Shown here piece after piece: positions 38,114-46,575 of a stretch of 64,000 nt of DNA (position 1 is its first letter; each line of letters begins with the position of its first letter). A model generated the notes under the pieces. The model was not told the origin of the DNA. It saw only the letters and a list, made by a program, of their open reading frames with translations, and searched no databases. This DNA is from an uncultured Clostridia bacterium (GTDB taxonomy: Bacteria; Bacillota; Clostridia; Christensenellales; CAG-138): assembly GCA_937915925.1 (NCBI GenBank), contig CALGGM010000178.1, positions 18,174 to 82,173 on the forward strand, given 5' to 3'. The translations under genes and the position numbers were made by a program.

Positions 38114-38141
38114 TATTGTATGCCGACGGTTTCCTTTTGGT
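38114..38141 (-). promoter_or_regulatory. Candidate mother-cell sporulation (SigK/SigE-type) promoter of the micro-protein gene
   Basis: Minus strand AC-N17-CATACAATA, compared with SigK AC-N16/17-CATAnnnTA and the SigE -10 CATACAnT. About 47 nt upstream of the ATG. Confidence 0.3.
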
Positions 38142-38169
38142 GCCGAATGTGCCGGTTTTTTGAAAGACC

Positions 38170-38198
38170 TTGACAAAATCCCGCGTTCGCATGATAAT
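38170..38198 (+). promoter_or_regulatory. sigma-A-type promoter of glyQS
   Basis: TTGACA-N17-GATAAT, leaving a leader of only about 25 nt before the AAGGAG RBS. Confidence 0.65.
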
Positions 38199-38225
38199 AT
38201 CAAGGATAAACAAAGGAGAATACTT

Positions 38226-39605
38226 ATGGAACAGAACACTTTTTCGATGGATAAAATTGTCGTGCTTTGCAAAAACCGCGGGTTCATCTTCGCAGGATCC
38301 GAGATCTACGGCGGCCTCGCCAATACGTGGGACTATGGCCCGCTCGGAACCCGACTGAAAAACAACGTCAAGGACGCATGGCGCAGGAAGTTCATTCAGG
38401 AACGGCGCAACAGCTTTGAAGTGGACGCCGACATTCTGATGAATCCCCGCGTCTGGGAGGCAAGCGGCCATGTCGCAAGCTTCGCCGACCCGCTGCTCGA
38501 CTGCAAAGAGTGCAAGATGCGCTTCCGCGCGGACAATCTGATCGACGACTTCGATCCCGAAGCGCATGCCGACGGTATGACCAAGGAGCAGATGTTCGAC
38601 TATATCAAGGCGCATCATATCCCCTGCCCCAACTGCGGCAAGCATAATTTCACCGATATCCGGGAATTCAACCTGATGTTCCAGACCTTCCGCGGCGTTA
38701 CCAACGACGCGAAGTCCGTCATCTATCTGCGCCCGGAGAACGCGCAGGGCGAATACGTCAACTACCTCAACGTACAGCGTGCCATGCGCACGAAGCTCCC
38801 CTTCTCCATCGGTCAGATCGGCAAGGCGTTCCGCAACGAGATCACGCCGGGCAACTTCACCTTCCGCACGATAGAGTTCGAACAGATGGAGTTCCAGACC
38901 TTCTGCAAGCCCGGCACGGACAGCGAGCTCTATGAGTTCTTCAAGCAGTTCGGCAAGGAGTTCTTCATGTCTCTCGGCATCCCCGAAGAGCACCTGCGCT
39001 TCCACGACCATGAGAAACTGGCGCACTACGCGAAGGCTGCCTGCGACATCGAATTCCTCTTCCCGTTCGGCTGGGGCGAGATCAACGGCACGCACAACCG
39101 CACCGACTTCGATCTGAACCGTCACCAGGAGTACAGCGGTCAGAAGCTCGATTACATCGATCCCTTCACGAACGAGCGCTACGTACCCTATATCATCGAA
39201 TCCACCTACGGTCTCGACCGTACGGTGCTTGCCCTGCTCTGCGAGGCATACGATGAGGAGGTCGTGGACGCGGAGAAGAACGACGTGCGCGTCGTGCTGC
39301 ATCTGCACCCCTCCGTCGCTCCCATCAAGGCTGCCGTGCTGCCGCTGTCCAAGAAGCTGGCGGAGCCCGCGCTTGCCATCCGCGACGAGCTTGCGAAGTA
39401 CTTCATGGTCGAATATGACGAAACCGGCTCCATCGGCAAGCGCTATCGCCGCGCCGATGAGATCGGCACGCCGTTCTGCATTACATACGATTTCGATTCC
39501 GAAAGCGATCATTGCGTGACCGTGCGCGACCGCGACACCATGGAACAGGTCCGGCTTCCGATTGCGGAGCTGCGCGCCTACATCGAACAGAAACTCAACG
39601 CCTGA
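38226..39605 (+). CDS. glyQS: glycine--tRNA ligase (homodimeric class II GlyQS)
   Basis: Start moved to ATG 38226. N-terminus CKNRGFIFAGSEIYGGLANTWDYGPLG, class II motifs, 459 aa. Confidence 0.96.
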   Translation: MEQNTFSMDKIVVLCKNRGFIFAGSEIYGGLANTWDYGPLGTRLKNNVKDAWRRKFIQERRNSFEVDADILMNPRVWEASGHVASFADPLLDCKECKMRFRADNLIDDFDPEAHADGMTKEQMFDYIKAHHIPCPNCGKHNFTDIREFNLMFQTFRGVTNDAKSVIYLRPENAQGEYVNYLNVQRAMRTKLPFSIGQIGKAFRNEITPGNFTFRTIEFEQMEFQTFCKPGTDSELYEFFKQFGKEFFMSLGIPEEHLRFHDHEKLAHYAKAACDIEFLFPFGWGEINGTHNRTDFDLNRHQEYSGQKLDYIDPFTNERYVPYIIESTYGLDRTVLALLCEAYDEEVVDAEKNDVRVVLHLHPSVAPIKAAVLPLSKKLAEPALAIRDELAKYFMVEYDETGSIGKRYRRADEIGTPFCITYDFDSESDHCVTVRDRDTMEQVRLPIAELRAYIEQKLNA

Positions 39606-39612
39606 GAACATT

Positions 39613-39637
39613 GCCCCCGCAAAAACGGGGGCTTTTT
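39613..39637 (+). terminator. Intrinsic terminator of glyQS
   Basis: GCCCCCG-caaaaa-CGGGGGC followed by TTTTT. Confidence 0.85.
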
Positions 39638-39640
39638 GAA

Positions 39641-41851
39641 ATGGAACTGAACGGAACCGTACAATCGATCATCTTCCGCAACGCGACAAACGGGTATACC
39701 GTGCTGTCGCTGCTTCCCGACGGCGAAAAACAGCCGATGACGTGCGTCGGCGTTCTGCCGCTGATCAACGTGGGAGACAGCGTTGCGCTCGTCGGCGATC
39801 AGACGTATCATCCGAGATTCGGCGCGCAGTTCAAGGTGCTGTCCTATGAACGAAAAGCGCCGTCGAGCAACAGCGCGATCATCAAGTACCTCGAAAGCGG
39901 CGTCGTACGCGGCGTCGGTCCCGCTATGGCGCGTGCGATCGTGAGCACGTTCGGCATGGACACGCTCGACATTCTCGAATCTCAGCCGGAACGTCTCGTC
40001 GAGGTTCCGGGGATCGGCGCGAAAAAAGCGAAGATGATCTCGGAATCGTTCCGTGAAAAGAAGCTGTTCCGTGAGGTCCTGCTAAGCCTCGAACCGTACG
40101 GCGTGACCGTCGGACAGGCGTATAAGATGATGCAGACGTACGGCGAGCTTTGCCTTGCGAAGGTGCAGGAAAATCCGTATCAGCTGATCGACGATATCGA
40201 CGGGATCGGCTTTCTCACCGCGGACCGGATCGCGACGCATGTTGCGGGCTTTGAGGAGGATTCCCTTGCAAGGCTGATGGCGGGCATTCGATACTGCCTG
40301 CAGCAATCGCGCGACGAGCGCGGCGATATGTTCCTGCCCTATGAGACGCTCATTTCCCGCGCGGTCAGTCTTTTAGGCGCATCGACGGAGCGCATCAAGG
40401 AAACCGTCGAATGGATGGAAGACGGAAGCGATCTTCTCCGCTGTGAGATCAACGGCGTCGACGCGGTCTATCTCCCTTACCTTTTTAAGATCGAAGACTA
40501 TATCGCCAAAAAGCTTTTGCAGCTGGACGCCCCGCCGATCTATGAACAGTGGGATCTGAACCGCTGGCAAAAGCAAGTCGGCATGGAGCTGTCCGAGGAG
40601 CAGGAGCAGGCGGTGCTGCTTGCGCTGACGAGCGGCGTTTCCATCATCACCGGCGGTCCCGGTACCGGCAAAACCACGATCGTTCGCTGCATCCTTGACG
40701 CGATGCAGGAGGGCGGCTACCTTGTTGAGCTCGCTGCGCCGACCGGTCGCGCCGCAAAGCGCATGACGGAGGCGACCGGAAGCGAAGCAAGGACGATCCA
40801 CCGGCTGCTTGAATACATTCCGGGCGAGGGCTTTCAGCGTAACCGCGACAACCCCTTGCTTGCGGATATGGTGATCGTTGACGAGATGTCCATGGTCGAC
40901 GCGCCGCTGATGTACGCGCTTTTACAGGCGCTGACCAAGGGCACGCGGCTTGTGCTGGTCGGCGATCGGGATCAGCTGCCGCCCGTGGGCTGCGGCAATG
41001 TGTTCTCGGACGCGCTGTCCTCCGACATGCTCCCTTCCTTCCGACTGACCGAGATCTTCCGGCAGGCGCAGCGATCGAACATCGTACGCAACGCGCATCT
41101 GATCAATAACGGCAGAATGCCGGTGCTCGTCGATCGCGAATCGGATTTTCTGTTCGAGGAAATTCCGAGCATCGACCGCATCCGTGCGCGGCTTGTGGAG
41201 CTGATCCAAAGGGAATTGTCGAAGCTCGGCACGAGCGATCCCATGATGGACATTCAGGTGCTGGTACCGATGAAGTCGGGACCGCTCGGCGTTGTGGAAC
41301 TGAACAAGCTTTTACAGGACGTCTGCAACCCTTCATCCCCGATGAAAAATGAGCACGCCTCCGGGAATACCGTGTTCCGCGAAGGCGATAAGATCATGCA
41401 GATCCGAAACAATTATAAGGTCGAATGGCGAAAGGGGCAGCGCGTCGGCGGCTACGAGGAGGGCTCCGGCGTGTTCAACGGCGATCTCGGCACAATCCTT
41501 CGGATCGATCCGCGCGAGAAATACGCCGTGATCGCGTTTGACGACGGGCGGGTCGCGGAATACGCGTTCGCGCAGTTTGAAGAGATCGATCTTGCGTACT
41601 GCATAACAATCCATAAGAGTCAGGGGTCGGAATTCTCGACGGTCCTCCTCCCCCTTGCGGGCGGTCCCATGCCGCTTCTTACGCGAAATCTTCTGTATAC
41701 CGCCGTGACGCGCGCGAAAAAGCTCGTATACGGGATCGGACGCAGCGACACGGTCGCGCGCATGATCGCCAACGCGCAGCGAAACGATCGCAACACTGGA
41801 TTAATGGAAAGGCTGATCGAATATGCCGGTTTCGGAACGGATCAAAACTGA
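39641..41851 (+). CDS. recD2: SF1B ATP-dependent RecD-like DNA helicase (RecD2)
   Basis: Start moved to ATG 39641. N-terminal IIFRNATNGYTV, HhH region, Walker A GGPGTGKTT, Walker B VIVDEMSMV, C-terminal SH3-like domain and ITIHKSQGSE. Confidence 0.93.
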   Translation: MELNGTVQSIIFRNATNGYTVLSLLPDGEKQPMTCVGVLPLINVGDSVALVGDQTYHPRFGAQFKVLSYERKAPSSNSAIIKYLESGVVRGVGPAMARAIVSTFGMDTLDILESQPERLVEVPGIGAKKAKMISESFREKKLFREVLLSLEPYGVTVGQAYKMMQTYGELCLAKVQENPYQLIDDIDGIGFLTADRIATHVAGFEEDSLARLMAGIRYCLQQSRDERGDMFLPYETLISRAVSLLGASTERIKETVEWMEDGSDLLRCEINGVDAVYLPYLFKIEDYIAKKLLQLDAPPIYEQWDLNRWQKQVGMELSEEQEQAVLLALTSGVSIITGGPGTGKTTIVRCILDAMQEGGYLVELAAPTGRAAKRMTEATGSEARTIHRLLEYIPGEGFQRNRDNPLLADMVIVDEMSMVDAPLMYALLQALTKGTRLVLVGDRDQLPPVGCGNVFSDALSSDMLPSFRLTEIFRQAQRSNIVRNAHLINNGRMPVLVDRESDFLFEEIPSIDRIRARLVELIQRELSKLGTSDPMMDIQVLVPMKSGPLGVVELNKLLQDVCNPSSPMKNEHASGNTVFREGDKIMQIRNNYKVEWRKGQRVGGYEEGSGVFNGDLGTILRIDPREKYAVIAFDDGRVAEYAFAQFEEIDLAYCITIHKSQGSEFSTVLLPLAGGPMPLLTRNLLYTAVTRAKKLVYGIGRSDTVARMIANAQRNDRNTGLMERLIEYAGFGTDQN

Positions 41852-42482
41852 CCTGAACTTTCTTGCGGACGCGCTGATGCCCGGTCCGTATCGCTGCTTT
41901 CTGTGCCTTGAAGAGGATATGATCGGCGAGGACGGGCTTTGCGACGCGTGCCGCGCCGAGCTCAAATACCTTCCGAATCCCACTTACCTCGCGCCGCTGG
42001 ACGGCGTTACGATCGGGCTCCAATACAACGACAAGCTCTCCTCCGCGGTCATGCGGTTCAAAAAGGGCGGGCAGAAAGCCTACGCCGGATTCTTTACGCA
42101 GTACCTTTCGGTGCCGGAAGAATGGCAGGCTGATATGCTCATCCCGGTTCCGATGCATCCGTACAGAAGATGGCGAAGAGGGTTCAATCATACCGAGCTG
42201 CTCGCTTCCTATCTTTCCGCATCGGTCGGCGTCCCCTATTCCTCCAAGCTCCTGTTCAAGATCAGAAACACGCGCGAACAAAAGGCGTCGCTGGGTCCCG
42301 CCGAGCGCAGACGCAATATCCGCGGAAGCTTTGCGTGCGACCCGCTCGTCAAGGGCATGCGCATCGTGCTGATCGACGACGTGTTTACGACCGGCGCGAC
42401 GGTCTATGAATGCGCAAAGGTTCTGAAGCAGGCAGGTGCAAAGAAGGTCTACCTTTCGGCGGTGACCTCGCCTGCGCACTGA
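41823..42482 (+). CDS. comFC: ComF family protein (ComFC, phosphoribosyltransferase-like)
   Basis: N-terminal Cys4 (CFLC...CDAC) and PRTase loop VLIDDVFTTGAT. Overlaps the recD2 end by 29 nt. Confidence 0.88.
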   Translation: MPVSERIKTDLNFLADALMPGPYRCFLCLEEDMIGEDGLCDACRAELKYLPNPTYLAPLDGVTIGLQYNDKLSSAVMRFKKGGQKAYAGFFTQYLSVPEEWQADMLIPVPMHPYRRWRRGFNHTELLASYLSASVGVPYSSKLLFKIRNTREQKASLGPAERRRNIRGSFACDPLVKGMRIVLIDDVFTTGATVYECAKVLKQAGAKKVYLSAVTSPAH

Positions 42483-42742
42483 CGGAGCACGGCGTATTTG
42501 TCGTGCGTCGCCTTGCCGCCGCGCAGATGCCGCTCCGCCTTGTTCACGTTCAGCACGTTTCGTACAAGACGGTATAACCCGGGATTGATCGTTCTCAGCC
42601 GTTCCGTGACGTCCTTGTGCACCGTGCTTTTGCCCACGCACAGCGCTTTTGCCGCGTCCCTTACGGTCGCCTTATGGTCGACGATATACTGCGCTTCCTC
42701 ACATACGCGTTCTTCATACCAGTTCAATGAAAATACCCCCAT
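42449..42742 (-). CDS. spoIIID: sporulation transcriptional regulator SpoIIID
   Basis: YIVDHKATVRDAAKALCVGKSTVHKDVTERLRTINPGLY...RHLRGGKAT is colinear with B. subtilis SpoIIID. The true start may be TTG 42727 (GGGGGT RBS). Confidence 0.9.
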   Translation of the reverse strand: MGVFSLNWYEERVCEEAQYIVDHKATVRDAAKALCVGKSTVHKDVTERLRTINPGLYRLVRNVLNVNKAERHLRGGKATHDKYAVLRQCAGEVTAER

Positions 42743-42783
42743 ATGCGTTCTTGTAAAGCATATGGGGGCAAGCTGTTTTTATG

Positions 42784-43584
42784 TCAGAAAGATTCGATGT
42801 TGACCGCCTTGATCGGTCCGTTCGGAAGACTCCGAAGATGTTCGGAATCGAAGCGGCGGAAGCCCGTTTCGCGGTCGCTGAAGCAGTATTCCACAAAGTT
42901 GTCGCCGATGGACTTGCTCAATGGAAGCGTCTTTCCGACGGTCTCCGCAAGCGTGACGCCGATGTCGATCAGCTGTACGCCGGGCAGCGTTTCGCGGATC
43001 GTATCGATCAGGAACGGATAGTGCGTGCAGCCGAGGATCAGCGTGTCGATATCCGTATTGCGGATCGGCGAAAGATAGCGCTCCACGATCATCTTTGAGA
43101 TCGGGTCGTCCTCGCGGAAGCCGTTTTCGATCAGCGGCACGAACAGCGGACACTCGATGCCGGACACGGTGCAGTCCGGATAGCGCTCGTTGATGTAGTT
43201 CGAATACGCGCTGCTGTGGACGGTTGCGTGCGTGCCAATCACGCCGATGTGTCTGGTCACGGTGAGATTTGCGGCGGCGTCGCAGGCAGGCTCGATGACA
43301 CCGATGATCGGGATCGGGAACGTCTTATGCAGCTCGGACAGCGCGATCGCGGAAACCGTGCCGCAGGCGACGACGATCGCCTCGACGTCCTTGGACAGCA
43401 GAAAACGCACGTCCTGCTCCGCATAGTGCATGATAGTTTCGACGCTGCGCGAGCCGTACGGGACGCGTGCGGTGTCGCCGAAATAAATGATCGATAAGCC
43501 TTTGTTTGCGGCGCAGATCGCGTTCAGGACGGTCAAACCGCCCAAGCCGCTGTCGAATACGCCAATTCTGTGTAATGCAGTCAT
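42784..43584 (-). CDS. murI: glutamate racemase
   Basis: IGVFDSGLGGLTV, both catalytic Cys regions (VVACGTVS, ILGCTHYP). Confidence 0.95.
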   Translation of the reverse strand: MTALHRIGVFDSGLGGLTVLNAICAANKGLSIIYFGDTARVPYGSRSVETIMHYAEQDVRFLLSKDVEAIVVACGTVSAIALSELHKTFPIPIIGVIEPACDAAANLTVTRHIGVIGTHATVHSSAYSNYINERYPDCTVSGIECPLFVPLIENGFREDDPISKMIVERYLSPIRNTDIDTLILGCTHYPFLIDTIRETLPGVQLIDIGVTLAETVGKTLPLSKSIGDNFVEYCFSDRETGFRRFDSEHLRSLPNGPIKAVNIESF

Positions 43585-43665
43585 ATTGCCTCTTTTGCAG
43601 GATTTTCTGCTATTCTACCACGTCTTTTCGGATTCTGCAACATTCTTTGTACAATCGCTGTTCTG

Positions 43666-43702
43666 TAAAAAGAAAACGGATGGTGCGCTGACCGTCCGTT
43701 TT
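43666..43702 (-). terminator. Terminator of the yedE-tusA-DUF3343 operon
   Basis: Minus strand AAAACGGA...TCCGTTTT stem with inner GGT/ACC pairing, followed by CTTTTTAC. Confidence 0.5.
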
Positions 43703-43708
43703 CATCGG

Positions 43709-43945
43709 TTATTCGTGATAAAGCAACCGTCGGTATCCGTCGTCCGAAGCCTCGTAAACGGCTTCGACGTCGGCGTCCAGCAGGTCAAAATGCGGATCGT
43801 CCGACCGGTAGCTTACGCAGGTTCCGCAGCTTGACGAGAGCGAACGCGGGACCGGCGCCATCTTCGCTTCGATCCCGGCATTCTTCAATGCGCGATGGGA
43901 CAGCAGCGCGGAGGCGTGCGTGTAGAACGTTGCGATACAGATCAT
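43709..43945 (-). CDS. DUF3343 (putative Se/S carrier-like) protein
   Basis: Start set to ATG 43945 (ATGA overlap with the tusA-like stop). APVPRSLSSSCGTC matches the PxPRxxSSxCG family core. Confidence 0.75.
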   Translation of the reverse strand: MICIATFYTHASALLSHRALKNAGIEAKMAPVPRSLSSSCGTCVSYRSDDPHFDLLDADVEAVYEASDDGYRRLLYHE

Positions 43946-44145
43946 TTCCAAAGCGTCATACGATAGTCGCCCGCGGATTCCTCCGTGCGGACTTCGTAGT
44001 GCTGCGACGCCGCAAACCGCGTGATGTTGCCGACGGCCGTCATGTTATCGACAAGCACCTCGATCGTTTTGGGCTGATTCTTCTTGACTTCGCGCTGCAC
44101 CATCAGCACGGGCATCGGGCAGCTCAGACCTCTTGCGTCGATCAT
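43942..44145 (-). CDS. TusA/SirA/YedF-family sulfurtransferase
   Basis: Start moved to ATG 44145 (AAGGAGG RBS). IDARGLSCPMPVL carries the CPxP active site. 67 aa. Confidence 0.88.
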   Translation of the reverse strand: MIDARGLSCPMPVLMVQREVKKNQPKTIEVLVDNMTAVGNITRFAASQHYEVRTEESAGDYRMTLWK

Positions 44146-44156
44146 AATAAACCTCC

Positions 44157-45242
44157 TTATGCTTTTTGGCTCTTGGAATTGAATACGGACAGCAATGCAA
44201 GGATCGCAAATCCGGCGATCAGGACCCAAAGCACGGGACCCTGGCCGATACCGTTTGCACTGGAGGCAAGACCGAAGTTATGCGAAACCGCAGCGCCCGC
44301 CATAAAGCCGAACACCGTGATCGCGGAATCGCTGTTGCCTTCGCCCGCGAGGATCAGCTGACGCAGCGGGCAGCCGCCCAAGAGAACGCTTGCCCAACCG
44401 ACGAGCGCCATGCCGAGGAAGTTGTAAAGACCGTCGGTATGCGCGACCGGCTGACCTTCCATGCCGAAGTGGAACTTGCCGAGGATCAGGTTGCCGATCA
44501 CAACGGTGCAGATGATCGCGAGGAATCCGTATACCAGATGGAAATCGCGGAACATGACCGCGTCACGAACGCCGCCCGCCATGCAGAGACGGGAACGCTG
44601 GCAGAGCGCGCCGACGACGAGCGCGATCAGAAGCGCGGCAATCCACGGCGCCCGCATGCTGCCGGGACCTTCGGTGCTCTTTGCAAACAGCTCGGTGACG
44701 AGAGACAGGATGAACAGAACGACCAGCAGGATCGGGAAGAACAGACCTTCCGCCGTTTTCTGCTTATACGCACGGTTCAGAGAGAAGCCGAGCCGCAGCG
44801 GGACCGTGCCGATCAGGATGCCGACGGCAAAGCCCGCAAGACCGATCAGCGCATTGACGTCGCCGCCGCCGATACGGATGACCATGCGAAGCGGACAGCC
44901 TAAGAACACGAGCGCGCCGATCATGACGAGCATGCCGAGGATGAATCTCGTAAACGGTGCGGATCCGCCCTGCGGACGCCATTCCTTCTTGATCAGAGCC
45001 ATGCACATCGAACCGATGACCAGACCGACGATCTCCGGACGGAAATACTGAACGACCGCCGCCGAGTGGAACTTCAGAGCGCCGGTGATATCACGTTCGA
45101 AGCATGCAATACAGAATCCCATGTTTGCCGGATTTCCGAGATAGGACAGAATGACTGCCGCCGCACCGGTGACGATACCGGTCACGATGATCAGCCAATG
45201 TCTTTGGAGAAAACCGACGAACCCCTTTTTCGTGTTTTCCAT
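44157..45242 (-). CDS. yedE: YedE/YeeE family selenium/sulfur-compound transporter
   Basis: About 9-10 TM helices with conserved Cys motifs GFCIACF, FLGCPLRM and LGGCPLRQ. yedE-yedF(tusA) pairing. Confidence 0.85.
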   Translation of the reverse strand: MENTKKGFVGFLQRHWLIIVTGIVTGAAAVILSYLGNPANMGFCIACFERDITGALKFHSAAVVQYFRPEIVGLVIGSMCMALIKKEWRPQGGSAPFTRFILGMLVMIGALVFLGCPLRMVIRIGGGDVNALIGLAGFAVGILIGTVPLRLGFSLNRAYKQKTAEGLFFPILLVVLFILSLVTELFAKSTEGPGSMRAPWIAALLIALVVGALCQRSRLCMAGGVRDAVMFRDFHLVYGFLAIICTVVIGNLILGKFHFGMEGQPVAHTDGLYNFLGMALVGWASVLLGGCPLRQLILAGEGNSDSAITVFGFMAGAAVSHNFGLASSANGIGQGPVLWVLIAGFAILALLSVFNSKSQKA

Positions 45243-45274
45243 AGATTGTTCTCCTTCCTCATTTCGCTATTTCC

Positions 45275-45303
45275 TTGCGGGAATAACGATCTGGTGTTAT
45301 AAT
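45275..45303 (+). promoter_or_regulatory. sigma-A-type promoter of the class V desulfurase gene
   Basis: TTGCGG-N17-TATAAT with TG extension (TGTTATAAT). Confidence 0.6.
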
Positions 45304-45327
45304 AACATATATGAGCGTTATTTGCAA
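45299..45327 (-). promoter_or_regulatory. sigma-A-type promoter of yedE operon, -10 overlapping the divergent promoter's -10
   Basis: Minus strand TTGCAA-N17-TATTAT. Its -10 (45304-45299) lies face-to-face with the plus-strand TATAAT (45298-45303). Confidence 0.55.
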
Positions 45328-45343
45328 GCGAGGATAACGAAAA

Positions 45344-46468
45344 ATGAGAACGGTTTATCTGGATAATGCTGCCACTTCCTTTCCGAAGGCGCCGGGCGTC
45401 TCGGACGCAATGAAGCGGTTTTTGGACGAAAGCTGCTCCAATATCGGTCGCGGAAGCTACGAACGCGCACAGGACGCGGGGCTTTCCGTCATCGAAACGC
45501 GCGAGAAGATCCGCGCGATGTTCGACTGCCCGGACGCAAAGCATGTCATCTTTACGGGCGGCATGACGGCGTCGCTGAACACGGCGATCAAGGGATTTGT
45601 GCGCCGCGGCGATCGGGTCCTCGTCTCCTCCTTTGAGCACAACTCCGTGCTGCGTCCGCTGGTGCAGATCGGCGCAGATATCGTTCGGATCCCCTCCACG
45701 TCGGACGGCGTTTCCGATTTGTCGCGCTTGCCCGACGATCTCTCCTCCTTCCGTCTTTGCGTGCATACATTTGCGTCCAATGTGAGCGGCATGCTACAGC
45801 CTGTAAAAGCGCTGTCCGAAGCGCTGAAGCAGGCAGGCGTTCCGTTGGTGATCGACGCGGCGCAGGCTGCCGGGCATGTTCCCTTTTCGATGCGGGATCT
45901 CGGCGCAGCGGCGCTTTGCATGCCTGCGCACAAAGGGCTTCTTTCCGCGCAGGGGCTCGGCGTGCTTTGCCTGACGCCGGACTTTGCGGACCGGCTTGAA
46001 CCGCTGATCGCGGGCGGCACGGGCTCCGTTTCGGATCGGCTTGAGATCCCGTCCTTCTACCCCGACAGGCTTGAAGCGGGAACGCTGAATCTTCCGGGCA
46101 TCATGGGACTTCGCGCAGCTCTCGATTCGATCGATACGGAGCGGATCCGCGCGCATGAACAGAAGCTGAACGCAATGTTTCTTCAGGCGGTTTCGAACCT
46201 TTCGGACGTACGTCTGCTCGGCTCCGCCGACCCGGAAGAGCGCGTCGGCGTCTATTCCTTGGATTTTATCAAGCAGGACAATGCCGAGGTCTCCTACCGC
46301 CTCGAATCGGAATACGGCATCCTTACGCGGTGCGGTCTGCACTGCGCGCCGGACGCACACCGCGCACTCGGAACGTTTCCGAAGGGGTCGGTCCGGTTCA
46401 GCATTTCTCCGTTTACGACCGAAGAGGAGATTGCGTTCTCCGTTCGGGCGATCGAACAAATCCGATAA
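45344..46468 (+). CDS. class V aminotransferase-fold cysteine desulfurase / selenocysteine lyase family protein
   Basis: [13 protein letters not shown]-Lys in PAHKGL, C-terminal catalytic Cys in RCGLHCAP. Confidence 0.88.
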   Translation: MRTVYLDNAATSFPKAPGVSDAMKRFLDESCSNIGRGSYERAQDAGLSVIETREKIRAMFDCPDAKHVIFTGGMTASLNTAIKGFVRRGDRVLVSSFEHNSVLRPLVQIGADIVRIPSTSDGVSDLSRLPDDLSSFRLCVHTFASNVSGMLQPVKALSEALKQAGVPLVIDAAQAAGHVPFSMRDLGAAALCMPAHKGLLSAQGLGVLCLTPDFADRLEPLIAGGTGSVSDRLEIPSFYPDRLEAGTLNLPGIMGLRAALDSIDTERIRAHEQKLNAMFLQAVSNLSDVRLLGSADPEERVGVYSLDFIKQDNAEVSYRLESEYGILTRCGLHCAPDAHRALGTFPKGSVRFSISPFTTEEEIAFSVRAIEQIR

Positions 46469-46485
46469 AATATATCATTATTAAA

Positions 46486-46509
46486 GCGCCGTACCGGGCG
46501 CTTTTTTAT
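46486..46509 (+). terminator. Intrinsic terminator after the desulfurase gene
   Basis: AGCGCC-gtaccg-GGCGCT followed by TTTTTT. Confidence 0.75.
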
Positions 46510-46538
46510 TGCAGAATCATACGAACCGTTGTATAATC
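46510..46538 (+). promoter_or_regulatory. sigma-A-type promoter of the ornithine-degradation operon
   Basis: TTGCAG-N17-TATAAT, 37 nt before the ord ATG (AAGGAGG RBS). Confidence 0.65.
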
Positions 46539-46575
46539 ATAATGTATCTGCTTACAAAAGCGAAGGAGGATATTT

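Noticed and set aside
38067-38225. Looked for a glycine T-box leader upstream of glyQS, which is common in Firmicutes.
   Set aside because: A good TTGACA-N17-GATAAT promoter leaves only about 25 nt of leader. There is no specifier hairpin, T-box sequence or terminator/antiterminator. The upstream 100 nt belong to the divergent micro-protein promoter.
38067-39611. The upstream 515 codons of the 580-aa minus-strand ORF (37869-39611).
   Set aside because: It is exactly antisense to glyQS, which has unmistakable class II GlyRS motifs. Its composition (R/H/D/V/A-rich, no motifs) is typical of the mirror frame of a GC-rich gene. Only the last 65 codons, with their own RBS, are kept as a gene.
43709-46468. 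Selenocysteine recoding (in-frame TGA plus SECIS hairpin) in or near the Se/S module.
   Set aside because: All genes here read through to normal stops with full-length family-typical products. I noticed no interrupted ORF pair joined by a TGA.
46510-46575. Looked for a cobalamin riboswitch ahead of the B12-dependent ornithine aminomutase operon.
   Set aside because: The distance from the -10 to the RBS is about 30 nt, far too short for a B12 aptamer. No B12-box-like sequence was seen.
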